Shown in pieces: positions 19,608 through 28,267 of a stretch of DNA of 64,000 nucleotides. Position 1 is the stretch's first letter. Each line of letters starts with the position of its first letter. The stretch is from the NCBI GenBank assembly GCA_964467385.1, contig CAYXQC010000001.1, positions 7,896 to 71,895 of the forward strand, given 5' to 3'. The stretch comes from an uncultured Candidatus Saccharibacteria bacterium (lineage in GTDB: Bacteria > Patescibacteriota > Minisyncoccia > Phycocordibacterales > CAIZLB01). The notes under the pieces are model-generated. The model saw only the letters and a program-made list of their open reading frames with translations, was not told where the DNA came from and searched no databases. The position numbers and the translations under genes are program-made.

Positions 19608-20770
19608 TTGATAAGAAGTGCGTATCGTACACCGAGAAGCATAAGAATACCTGTCACGAAGAAGACATATGCAATGTTACCGAACATGAGTGTTATCGCA
19701 ACAAGAGGTGGAATTATGAAAAAAGGTAATGATCGAGTCATTCGATAGAAACTTACAAATCCAGCATTTGAAGGACTTATATGTTTGAAAAAATAGCTCT
19801 CACTTGAAACTTCTACGATACTTGCACCGATACGACTTACAAAAAGTACCGCAGACCAAAGGATTATATTTTTCTCGTGAATAAATGGAATAAGCATGAA
19901 AGTAAAGGCCATGACACTAAAGCCGAGTACGAGCACGTGTTTTTCGTCGTGGTATCGATCTTCCATTTTTCCAATAGGAATCTGAAATAGAATAAAGGGC
20001 AAAAGCATAATACTCAATATAATACCCATCTCAGGGATAGAAAAACCTACATAATCAATGAGATAAATAGGTAGGTAAATTACAGTTAAACCATAAAAAA
20101 GGTGAAGTAAAAAATGGTCAACAAAGACATCGAAGATATTTTTTTCCTGGCGAAATTTTTGCCAAGCTTCACGAAGATTTATAACAGGGTAGTCCTGATC
20201 CTCAAAATTTCTAAAGTTTGAAGATATGAGAATAATAAAAGGGATAAGAAATAATGCGCCAATCAGATACACTTTCCAATACTCAGCCTTAAGCAGAATA
20301 ATTCCAAGCATAACTGGTGCGATAATCGGGGGGATATTTTGCATCGTTAAATAGAAGCCACGAATACTCCCCATTTCTTCAGCTGTAGCATACTTTTCGG
20401 CAAAAATATCCATGTTATAGAAGAGAATAGGGGCAATCGCCATGTGAATAATAAATAAAGAAACGATCAAAATAGGGTCAGATGTGTAGGCGAGACTAAA
20501 GAGTGCTACAAGTTCTGCGAGCGCTGTTCCTATGGTAAAGCGGTAATTTCCAATCGTACGAAGTACTGAGGGGGCTGATATAAAGAGTAGAATATTTAAA
20601 AGTGAACCAATTGCATATGCGTACCCAAGCCCTTTGGTACCAATAAATCCTTCAAGATATTTTGAATTAATAAAATATGCAAAGAAGTAATGGAAGGAGA
20701 GGAGAAGAACCGACACGAAAATCAGAAGCATCGCTTGAAAGTTTTTAAGTTTTCCAAGAACTTTATCCAT
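19601..20770 (-). CDS. MFS-type transporter
   Basis: About 12 TM helices, 389 aa. TAA stop. Confidence 0.55.
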   Translation of the reverse strand: MDKVLGKLKNFQAMLLIFVSVLLLSFHYFFAYFINSKYLEGFIGTKGLGYAYAIGSLLNILLFISAPSVLRTIGNYRFTIGTALAELVALFSLAYTSDPILIVSLFIIHMAIAPILFYNMDIFAEKYATAEEMGSIRGFYLTMQNIPPIIAPVMLGIILLKAEYWKVYLIGALFLIPFIILISSNFRNFEDQDYPVINLREAWQKFRQEKNIFDVFVDHFLLHLFYGLTVIYLPIYLIDYVGFSIPEMGIILSIMLLPFILFQIPIGKMEDRYHDEKHVLVLGFSVMAFTFMLIPFIHEKNIILWSAVLFVSRIGASIVEVSSESYFFKHISPSNAGFVSFYRMTRSLPFFIIPPLVAITLMFGNIAYVFFVTGILMLLGVRYALLIKG

Positions 20771-20850
20771 AAGCTATGTGGTTTATTTTAGCATAATCAA
20801 TCGTAATAAGGGGGGGCATCGGTACATTGAATAAGATATAGGTATAAGAA

Positions 20851-20885
20851 TACAAAATCCCGAGCGTGTAGTTCGGGATTTTGTA
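20851..20885. terminator. Perfect 13-bp inverted repeat hairpin (tacaaaatcccga / tcgggattttgta), bidirectional terminator-like
   Basis: Seen in sequence. U-rich flanks on both strands. Confidence 0.45.
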
Positions 20886-20914
20886 TTGTCTTTTCTCTCT
20901 GAATAAAAACATTT

Positions 20915-21006
20915 GATGAGTTGCTTGAAACTTGCGAATTGCAGTGAGCAGAGGAAAATTTCAGTAGAAATTTTCTGTTTTCATGCAACGAAGAAAATGT
21001 TTTTAT
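20915..21006 (+). repeat. Intergenic repeat element, type D (copy 1)
   Basis: About 90% identical to 53667-53763. It abuts the stop codon of rnj. Internal hairpin gaaaatttc/gaaattttc. Confidence 0.65.
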
Positions 21007-21010
21007 TCAC

Positions 21011-23098
21011 TTAGACACAAATCATAACCGGAATGACAATCGGTCGTTTTGCTGTGTGTTGGAAGATAAACTTGCTCAATGCCTCTGAAACAACATCTTT
21101 GATGTAATCAATGTTGATAGGGTGCATATGTTCAGTGTTCTGTTCGACGACATGCTTCACAAGATATCGAGTTTCTCGAAGAAGTTCTTGTGATTCTCGA
21201 AGGTATACAGAACCTCGTGAAATGATGTCAGGAGATTTCTTGAGTTTGCCAGTAGCGGCGTTGATAAGTGCGATCACTACGAAAATACCATCTTGTGAAA
21301 GTACTTGTCGATCTCGGATCACTACGTCCTGTATATCACCAATCGTAAATCCATCTACCATCACAACATTGTCAGGAGCCTTCACAGCAAGTTTTACAAG
21401 TTTCTGACCTTCGTCTTGGATTTCAATAATTGTACCGTTATCAGGCACAATAATGTGATCAGCTGGCATACCAAGTTGCATAGCTAGATCGGCGTGTTGC
21501 TGGAGCTTGTAGTGGTTACCGTGAATTGGGATTAAGAATCGCGGTTTCAGTTTCTTGTGGAGCCATTCGATTTCACCACGGTTTGCATGACCGGTTGAGT
21601 GAACAAAAACTTCAGATGTTCGGTAATGAATGATTTTTGCACCCATTCGCGTAAGTTTGTCTTTGAGTTTGTCTACTGCTCGTTCATTTCCAGGGATAAT
21701 AGAAGCAGAAAGGAGAACTGTGTCTCGATTGCTGATTTTGAAATGTTTGTAGCTACCAGTAGCCATTCGCATAAGCGCAGCGAACTCGTCACCCTGTGCA
21801 CCTGTTGCGAGTACTACGACTTTATCTGGAGGATAATTATCAATTTCTTGAGGGGAAATAATAGTACCTTTGTTTATCTTGAGGATGTTGGCCTGAATAG
21901 CAATGTCGATATTGTTCTTCATGCTTCGTCCTTCGATGATCACTTTCTTGCCGTACTTTTCTGCTGATTCTACGATACTTGCAATACGATGGAAGTGAGA
22001 GGCGAACATACCTACGATAAGTCTGCCTTTGATTTCTCGTACGATCTGGTCAAGACCTTGAAGTACGAGTCTTTCAGGAGTAGAGAAGCCTGCATTCTCA
22101 ATGTTTGTAGATTCACCAAGAAGCATCAATACTTTTTTATCATTGAAAAAAGAATAAGATTTCTCTTCTTCAGCTGTTGGTACTTCATCAACATGGTCGA
22201 GTTTAAAGTCACCATTGTTTACGACATACCCGTATGGGGTTTCAATAGCGACACCGATAGAATCGGGAATCGTATGTGTTACACCAAAAAATTGTACTGA
22301 CATATCTCCGATCTTTACGCGGTCGTCTTTTTCAACGATCTTAAAATCAATAGGATCAAGATGGGGGAATTCAGATTGTCGCTTCTTGACCATAAGCATC
22401 GTAAGATTTCGTGTGTACATTGGAGGATTGCCGATTCTGTCCATGATGTATGGAATACCGCCGATATGGTCGAGGTGACCGTGGGTAATGATAATGGCTC
22501 GGATCTTTGACTTTCGTTCTTCGAGGTATTTTGTGTTCGGTAAAATATAATCAACACCAGGAGTTCCTTCTTCTTTGAATGCAAATCCAGCATCAATAAT
22601 GATGATATCGTTTCCTATTTCAACCGCTGTCATGTTCATACCGATTTTTTCTACACCACCAAGAGGTATGATTCGGATATTTCCAGGTGCTACAGGTGGA
22701 ATGTGTCCACTTTCTGCAGGCTTAGGAAGAGTGTTGATCAGTTTTCGCTGTGGAGGTTCAGGTCGTCGCATTGGTCGATTTCGGTTCATGATACGGCTAC
22801 CGCCCGGAGATTTTCGAGGACCTTGCTGTGTATGCCCATGACCTTGTGTATGTGATGTGCTTTGTGTACGTTGCATTGTGGCCTGTGGTTGTGGAGTAGT
22901 GTGTGAGTATGAAGTGGTTGTACCTTTGAACTCATTAATAGCACCTGTGTGTGAGACAGCGGTTGCTGTTCCTGTAGCTACAGGTATTGCACCTGTAGAT
23001 GTGCTCTGTGCACTTTGTGCAGGACGAGAGTTGTTTGGTTGTTTGTTATTCTGGCTGAATCGATTGTTAGGTCTGCCGTGGAATGGTCGTCTGTTCAT
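21011..23098 (-). CDS. rnj: Ribonuclease J (metallo-beta-lactamase/beta-CASP) with a roughly 150-aa disordered N-terminal extension
   Basis: HGHLDHIGG motif and RNase J-like blocks. The N-terminus is rich in P, Q, T, S, H and R. Confidence 0.85.
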   Translation of the reverse strand: MNRRPFHGRPNNRFSQNNKQPNNSRPAQSAQSTSTGAIPVATGTATAVSHTGAINEFKGTTTSYSHTTPQPQATMQRTQSTSHTQGHGHTQQGPRKSPGGSRIMNRNRPMRRPEPPQRKLINTLPKPAESGHIPPVAPGNIRIIPLGGVEKIGMNMTAVEIGNDIIIIDAGFAFKEEGTPGVDYILPNTKYLEERKSKIRAIIITHGHLDHIGGIPYIMDRIGNPPMYTRNLTMLMVKKRQSEFPHLDPIDFKIVEKDDRVKIGDMSVQFFGVTHTIPDSIGVAIETPYGYVVNNGDFKLDHVDEVPTAEEEKSYSFFNDKKVLMLLGESTNIENAGFSTPERLVLQGLDQIVREIKGRLIVGMFASHFHRIASIVESAEKYGKKVIIEGRSMKNNIDIAIQANILKINKGTIISPQEIDNYPPDKVVVLATGAQGDEFAALMRMATGSYKHFKISNRDTVLLSASIIPGNERAVDKLKDKLTRMGAKIIHYRTSEVFVHSTGHANRGEIEWLHKKLKPRFLIPIHGNHYKLQQHADLAMQLGMPADHIIVPDNGTIIEIQDEGQKLVKLAVKAPDNVVMVDGFTIGDIQDVVIRDRQVLSQDGIFVVIALINAATGKLKKSPDIISRGSVYLRESQELLRETRYLVKHVVEQNTEHMHPINIDYIKDVVSEALSKFIFQHTAKRPIVIPVMICV

Positions 23099-23158
23099 AA
23101 TTTCTTTAACTAATTTTTAATAATTTTTTTAATTTTCTTTATCTTTCTAATATCAAAT

Positions 23159-24967
23159 TTATTTCACGAATATATTCCAAACTTTTTCTGTTTCTATATA
23201 CCAGTTCGTAATATTCATAAATCTTTCTGAAGGGGAAGTGATGTTCAAGATTTGAATATCTTTTACTGATTTATTGGTTGCGTAAATATAGTCAGGAGAA
23301 TAGAGGAAAATGGCAGGAATATCATTCTGAATCTCTTTTTCGAATGCTTTGTATGCATCATTCTTCTTTGTCTCGTCTGATGTATCTCTGATGGTTTCGA
23401 GGGCCTTATCTGCCTTTATGTTGGTGTAGAGTGCGATATTTAATCCAGGATCATTTCGTTGTGAAGAATGCCAGAAAGGATAGAGGTCAAGGTCGCGCCC
23501 GACGACATTTCCGAAGAGAAGAGAGTCATACTTTCGGGGTCGGATTACCTTTTGCGTAAGGTCAGAGGGTTCGAATATCTCTACTTTAACATCCGCACCG
23601 AGTTTTGTCCACGTGTCTCGCAAGATTTCGGCTGTCTGCTTAAGTTCAGGGACATTTGAAGTGGAAATACTAAATTGAAGGACTTGAGTTTCAGTCGATT
23701 TACCCTTCTTTGTTTGTTTCTGAAATATGCCATTTTCACCCAATTTCCATCCAGCATCTGTAAGAATTTTTCGAGCAGTGTCTAGGTTTGCCTCGTCTAC
23801 TGTCTCGGTCGAAGTTGAAAATGCGGTGAGAGGCGAATCAGCTCGTTCTGTAAGCTCGGTCTCACTTGAAAGACCGTGTGGAATAGCACTCGTCGCGGGT
23901 GCACCCCAGCCTTTAAGTACAGCATCGATAAGTGTATTTCTATCAATTGCTGCGTCGAGAGCTTTTCGCACTTCTTTATTTACAAGAACAGGTGCTTCAC
24001 TTTGATTGAAGAAAAGACCAAATACTCGCGGAAGAGGAGTACTGAGCACGTTGTATTCATCAGTCTTCAGTTTCAAAGCTTCATCTGGCGAGATGCCACC
24101 AAGAGCATCGATTGAACCATTTCGGTATGCTTTAAGTGCTTCTTGTTCGTTTTTATAAAATCGCATTACAAGGTGGTTGATATATGGTTGACCAAGTGCA
24201 TATTCTTCAAATGGTTCAAGTTCATAATATTCATAGATTCCTGTCTCATTCTTATACGCTTTTTTAATTTTAAATGGTCCAGATCCGATAGGTTCACGGT
24301 TAAATACATTTATATCAAATGCAGCATTTTCAATATTTGCCCAGATATGTTTCGGTAAAATTCCTACGGTAAGATTTTCAAGAAATGGTGCATATGGTTC
24401 CTGAAGTGTAAAACGCATTTCTCGCTCATTCACTTTTTCAATCTTCACACTAGACCAATTTTCGGCACGAGGACTTTTGATCTCAGGATCAATGATCTTA
24501 GTCAGCGTAAATTCTATGTCTTCAGTTGTAATAGGTGTGTTGTCGTGGAAGAAAATACCATCTCGAAGGGTCACTGTATATGTAAGACCATCATCAGATA
24601 CTTCCCAAGATTCAGCCAGATCTCCTACGAGTTTTCCTTCAGGTGTTGCCTTGAGAAGACCGGAATAAATAAGATTAATCATATCTCGGTCCGCATCGGT
24701 GTATCCAAGTACGGGATTTACGAAACGAGCGTAGCCAACAACACCTTCAGTGTATGTGCCACCATGTACAGGTAATTCAGTAGAGAACCTGTCATTTACA
24801 TTTTGCAAAAAGAACCATCCTCCGATAATAAATACAGTAGAGAAAAGTACAAAAAAAACTTTTTCAGTTGGCCGCATCTTTTTGTATAGAAACGCTATTC
24901 GATTTCGTACACGACTAAAAAAAGCCTTAAGAGCACCTTGGTCTTTTAAAGAATGAGTTTGATTCAA
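23159..24967 (-). CDS. ABC transporter substrate-binding protein, family 5 (peptide/nickel type), membrane anchored
   Basis: Length, an N-terminal TM helix and SBP_bac_5-like blocks. Confidence 0.6.
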   Translation of the reverse strand: MNQTHSLKDQGALKAFFSRVRNRIAFLYKKMRPTEKVFFVLFSTVFIIGGWFFLQNVNDRFSTELPVHGGTYTEGVVGYARFVNPVLGYTDADRDMINLIYSGLLKATPEGKLVGDLAESWEVSDDGLTYTVTLRDGIFFHDNTPITTEDIEFTLTKIIDPEIKSPRAENWSSVKIEKVNEREMRFTLQEPYAPFLENLTVGILPKHIWANIENAAFDINVFNREPIGSGPFKIKKAYKNETGIYEYYELEPFEEYALGQPYINHLVMRFYKNEQEALKAYRNGSIDALGGISPDEALKLKTDEYNVLSTPLPRVFGLFFNQSEAPVLVNKEVRKALDAAIDRNTLIDAVLKGWGAPATSAIPHGLSSETELTERADSPLTAFSTSTETVDEANLDTARKILTDAGWKLGENGIFQKQTKKGKSTETQVLQFSISTSNVPELKQTAEILRDTWTKLGADVKVEIFEPSDLTQKVIRPRKYDSLLFGNVVGRDLDLYPFWHSSQRNDPGLNIALYTNIKADKALETIRDTSDETKKNDAYKAFEKEIQNDIPAIFLYSPDYIYATNKSVKDIQILNITSPSERFMNITNWYIETEKVWNIFVK

Positions 24968-25138
24968 GTTAATGGTTTGCTAGCTGGTAATACCGATGAA
25001 TTCCTTTTGCGCTACGCAACGTGAAGATTTCCGGTTTATAATTTTTTTGAGAATGATAGAGATGCGGAAAGAACACAATAAGTACGCCTATCATAGATCA
25101 GAGACCAGAAAGGTTTTAACGAATTTGAGCCGATAGGC

Positions 25139-25387
25139 TTAAGCTCGTAGAGCAAGTAGTGCTGAGGCAACAAAGAGTACAGAGAGTACAACAGTGGCGC
25201 TAAACAAGAACTTCTCAAATCCTCGTCTGGTTCTCCATGACGAAACAGAATCACTGCCACCAAATGCTCCTCCTGCACCTGCTTCAGATTGCTGAAAGAG
25301 AACAGCTACCGTCAAAAGGACAGCTAGAACGATTTGAATAATAGGTAAAATGGCTTTGATTTCCATCATTGGTCTACATGTTATCAA
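25139..25387 (-). CDS. secG: Preprotein translocase subunit SecG
   Basis: Two TM helices and the motif LFQQSEAGAGGAFGG...RRG. Confidence 0.7.
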   Translation of the reverse strand: MITCRPMMEIKAILPIIQIVLAVLLTVAVLFQQSEAGAGGAFGGSDSVSSWRTRRGFEKFLFSATVVLSVLFVASALLALRA

Positions 25388-25443
25388 AGGTTTTTGTGGT
25401 TGTCTATCGACTACCCGGCTAGGTTTGTGTTGTTGTTCTTGTA

Positions 25444-25471
25444 TTCAAAATTCACAATAATATGCTATAGT
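25444..25471 (+). promoter_or_regulatory. Putative promoter for obg (-35 TTCAAA, -10 TATAGT ending 10 nt before the ATG; near-leaderless)
   Basis: Hexamers by eye. Confidence 0.3.
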
Positions 25472-25481
25472 CACTGTATAT

Positions 25482-26507
25482 ATGGCTTTTATCGATGAAA
25501 TGACCGTGCATATCAGGGCCGGGCGTGGAGGAAATGGTGTTGTACGCTGGCTTCATGAAAAATTTAAAGAATTTGGCGGTCCTGCTGGTGGAGATGGGGG
25601 ACGTGGTGGTCATGTGTATATTAAAGGTATTCGAAATACCCAGCTTTTGGCGCGCTATAAAAATATAAAAGAATTTAATGCTGAAAATGGAGAACCGGGT
25701 GCGAACAACAGCAAGCACGGTGCAAATGGTGATGATTTGTATATAGAATTACCGGTTGGAAGTGTTGTGACGAATAAATCTTCGGGTGAAGTGTATCGGC
25801 TCGATGAAGATGGTCAGGAAATTCAAATTCTCAAAGGTGGAAACGGAGGGCTTGGAAATGAGCGATTTAAATCTTCAACCAATCAAACCCCAGAAGAATG
25901 GACACCTGGAAAAAATGGCGAAGAAGCAGATTTTTATGTTGAAGTTGAACTTATTGCTGATGCTGGGCTTATTGGTCTTCCAAATGCTGGGAAATCGTCT
26001 CTCTTGAATGCGCTTACTAAGGCTGATGTAAAAGTTGGTGGCTACGAGTTTACAACACTTGAGCCGAATCTGGGTGCGTTGTATGGCTATATTCTCGCTG
26101 ATATTCCAGGACTTATAGAAGGTGCATCAGATGGAAAAGGACTTGGTCACACATTCTTGCGACACATTCGAAGAACTCGAGTGCTTCTTCATTGTGTGTC
26201 GCTTGAGGGTGATATTGATGCAATCAAAAATTCTTACGAGACTATAAGAAATGAACTTGCTTCGTATGATCTTGAAATGACGAAAAAAAGAGAAATTGTT
26301 ATTCTTACAAAAAGCGATACTGTTCTACCCGAAGAATTGAAAGAAAAAATTTCTGCTATAAAGAAAACACTTGGTTCAAAAAAAGAATTTTTAATTGTAT
26401 CGGTGTACGATATTGATTCAATAAAACAACTAAACGATACGTTGACGAAAGAATTGGCTGATGAAGATATTATGCTTAAAAGAGATGACCAAGGTTTTAA
26501 AGAATAA
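25482..26507 (+). CDS. obg: GTPase Obg/CgtA
   Basis: Obg fold N-terminus with GGDGGRGG glycine-rich repeats, G-domain GLPNAGKSSLL. Confidence 0.9.
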   Translation: MAFIDEMTVHIRAGRGGNGVVRWLHEKFKEFGGPAGGDGGRGGHVYIKGIRNTQLLARYKNIKEFNAENGEPGANNSKHGANGDDLYIELPVGSVVTNKSSGEVYRLDEDGQEIQILKGGNGGLGNERFKSSTNQTPEEWTPGKNGEEADFYVEVELIADAGLIGLPNAGKSSLLNALTKADVKVGGYEFTTLEPNLGALYGYILADIPGLIEGASDGKGLGHTFLRHIRRTRVLLHCVSLEGDIDAIKNSYETIRNELASYDLEMTKKREIVILTKSDTVLPEELKEKISAIKKTLGSKKEFLIVSVYDIDSIKQLNDTLTKELADEDIMLKRDDQGFKE

Positions 26508-26510
26508 TTT

Positions 26511-28064
26511 ATGAGTAATACTGTTACATCTGCAACTGGAAAAACATATTATCCTGTCATCGGTCTAGAGATTCATGCCGAGCTCAAAACTCATTCAAAA
26601 ATGTTTTGTGCGTGTCGTAATGATCCTGATGAAATGGCTCAAAATAAGAATATTTGTGCTGTTTGCATGGGAAATCCTGGAACACTTCCGGTACCAAATA
26701 AAGAGGCGATTAAGCATGTGATACGTGTAGGTGTTTCTGTTGGTGGCGACATTGCAAACTTTACAGAATGGGATCGAAAAAATTATTTTTATCCAGATAT
26801 TCCAAAAGGCTATCAAATCAGTCAGTATGCATATCCGCTTGTAAAAAATGGAGAAATTGCTGGAGTAAAATTGACGCGAATCCATCTTGAAGAGGATACA
26901 GCGAGTTCGTCACATGATCATCCGACAGATGCTCATGGAAATTCTTTTAGCCTCGTCGATTTTAATCGTGCCGGAGTACCACTTATGGAACTTGTAACCG
27001 AACCGGTGATTCATGATGCGAAGACCGCCGGAATTTTCGCAAAAGAATTACAATTATTACTCCGCGAACTCGGTGCAGGTGATGCAAATATGGAAAAAGG
27101 TGAAATGCGAGTTGAAGCGAATATTTCTGTTTCAACCGACCCGCGAGCACATGAATTTCCATATGATTTCAAAACGTTTGGACGAAAAGTTGAGGTGAAA
27201 AATCTAAACTCTTTTAGATCTGTTGAGCGCGCAATTGAATACGAAATTCAGAGACATATTGATCTTATTGAAAGGGGTGAAGCGGATAAAATAGCCCAAG
27301 AAACAAGGGGATTTGATGAATCCACTGGAAAGACTTTTTCGCAAAGAGCCAAAGAAGATTCGCATGATTATCGATATTTTCCTGATCCAGATATTCCAAA
27401 ATTATTTACACAAGAAATCCCAGAATTCAACGTGAATACTATTGAACAAGGTCTACCGGTTTTACCTTGGGAACTTCGTGATCGATATCAAAAAGAATAC
27501 AGCATGAAAGCAGAAGATGCTGAAATGTTTGTACAGCAAAAAATGTTTAGAAACTTTTTTGAACAATCTGTTGCAAGTATAGAATCGAGTGAAAACCATA
27601 TTAAACTCATAACCAATTACATCACTTCTGATATTGCAGGTCTTGTAAAGAAAAATTCTAGTGTTAATGCTACTGATGTTGATGTGAGTGAGATCCGTAT
27701 CAGTGTTCCTGCTTTTGTTGAAATTATTTCCATGATTGATCTTGGTGAGCTTTCGTCTCGGGGTGCAAAAGATTTGATTGCGATGTATTGGACCGATGAT
27801 CCTGTTATTTTGTCCGATATTTCATCAAAATCTCCAAAACAAATTGCTGAAGAAAGGGGTATGATTATTAAAAATGATCCTGAAGCATTAAAAAAGATGA
27901 TTTCTGAGATAGTTTCAGCTAATCCAACTGTACTTGCGGACTACAAAGGCGGTAAAGAAGCATCGCTGCAGTTTTTTATTGGTCAAATTATGAAAATGAC
28001 TAAAGGTTCTGTAAATCCTCAGGTTGCAAAAGAAGCACTCTTGATACACATCAACTCTCTCTAA
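26511..28064 (+). CDS. gatB: Asp/Glu-tRNA amidotransferase subunit B
   Basis: YYPVIGLEIHAELKTHSKMFCAC N-terminus and GatB/YqeY C-terminal domain. Confidence 0.9.
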   Translation: MSNTVTSATGKTYYPVIGLEIHAELKTHSKMFCACRNDPDEMAQNKNICAVCMGNPGTLPVPNKEAIKHVIRVGVSVGGDIANFTEWDRKNYFYPDIPKGYQISQYAYPLVKNGEIAGVKLTRIHLEEDTASSSHDHPTDAHGNSFSLVDFNRAGVPLMELVTEPVIHDAKTAGIFAKELQLLLRELGAGDANMEKGEMRVEANISVSTDPRAHEFPYDFKTFGRKVEVKNLNSFRSVERAIEYEIQRHIDLIERGEADKIAQETRGFDESTGKTFSQRAKEDSHDYRYFPDPDIPKLFTQEIPEFNVNTIEQGLPVLPWELRDRYQKEYSMKAEDAEMFVQQKMFRNFFEQSVASIESSENHIKLITNYITSDIAGLVKKNSSVNATDVDVSEIRISVPAFVEIISMIDLGELSSRGAKDLIAMYWTDDPVILSDISSKSPKQIAEERGMIIKNDPEALKKMISEIVSANPTVLADYKGGKEASLQFFIGQIMKMTKGSVNPQVAKEALLIHINSL

Positions 28065-28132
28065 GATTTCGTTAAAAATTCGCTAAGGGGATAACATAAT
28101 CAGGGTGAACTTTTTGATCAAAATATAGACAA

Positions 28133-28149
28133 AAAAGTTATCCACTTTT
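28133..28149. promoter_or_regulatory. Second copy of the AAAAGT-TATCCAC-ACTTTT dyad / DnaA-box-like motif
   Basis: aaaagttatccactttt here; the third box-like site atatccaca lies at 28203-28211. About 119 nt upstream of the giant gene start. Confidence 0.4.
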
Positions 28150-28267
28150 TCATTTTTTACGCAGTTTGACATAGAAAATAAATTAGAAATTCTTTTTTAA
28201 GAATATCCACATTTTTTTCCAAAAAACCATAGAAAAATAAGGAAAAATAAAGTAAAATAATAGGGAT

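Noticed and set aside
20797-20988. 63-aa minus-strand ORF in the rnj/MFS intergenic region
   Set aside because: It is composed of the D-type repeat and the terminator hairpin. It is a non-coding structured region.
21111-22841. Plus-strand ORFs of 60-120 aa overlapping rnj
   Set aside because: They are antisense to a conserved gene, with no start or promoter context and Cys-rich composition. Spurious.
14312-28211. Chromosomal replication origin (oriC) based on DnaA-box consensus sequences
   Set aside because: There is one perfect and two imperfect boxes at two loci 14 kb apart. There is no dnaA or dnaN nearby and no cluster of four or more boxes with an adjacent DUE. The sites are better interpreted as promoter-associated operator sites.
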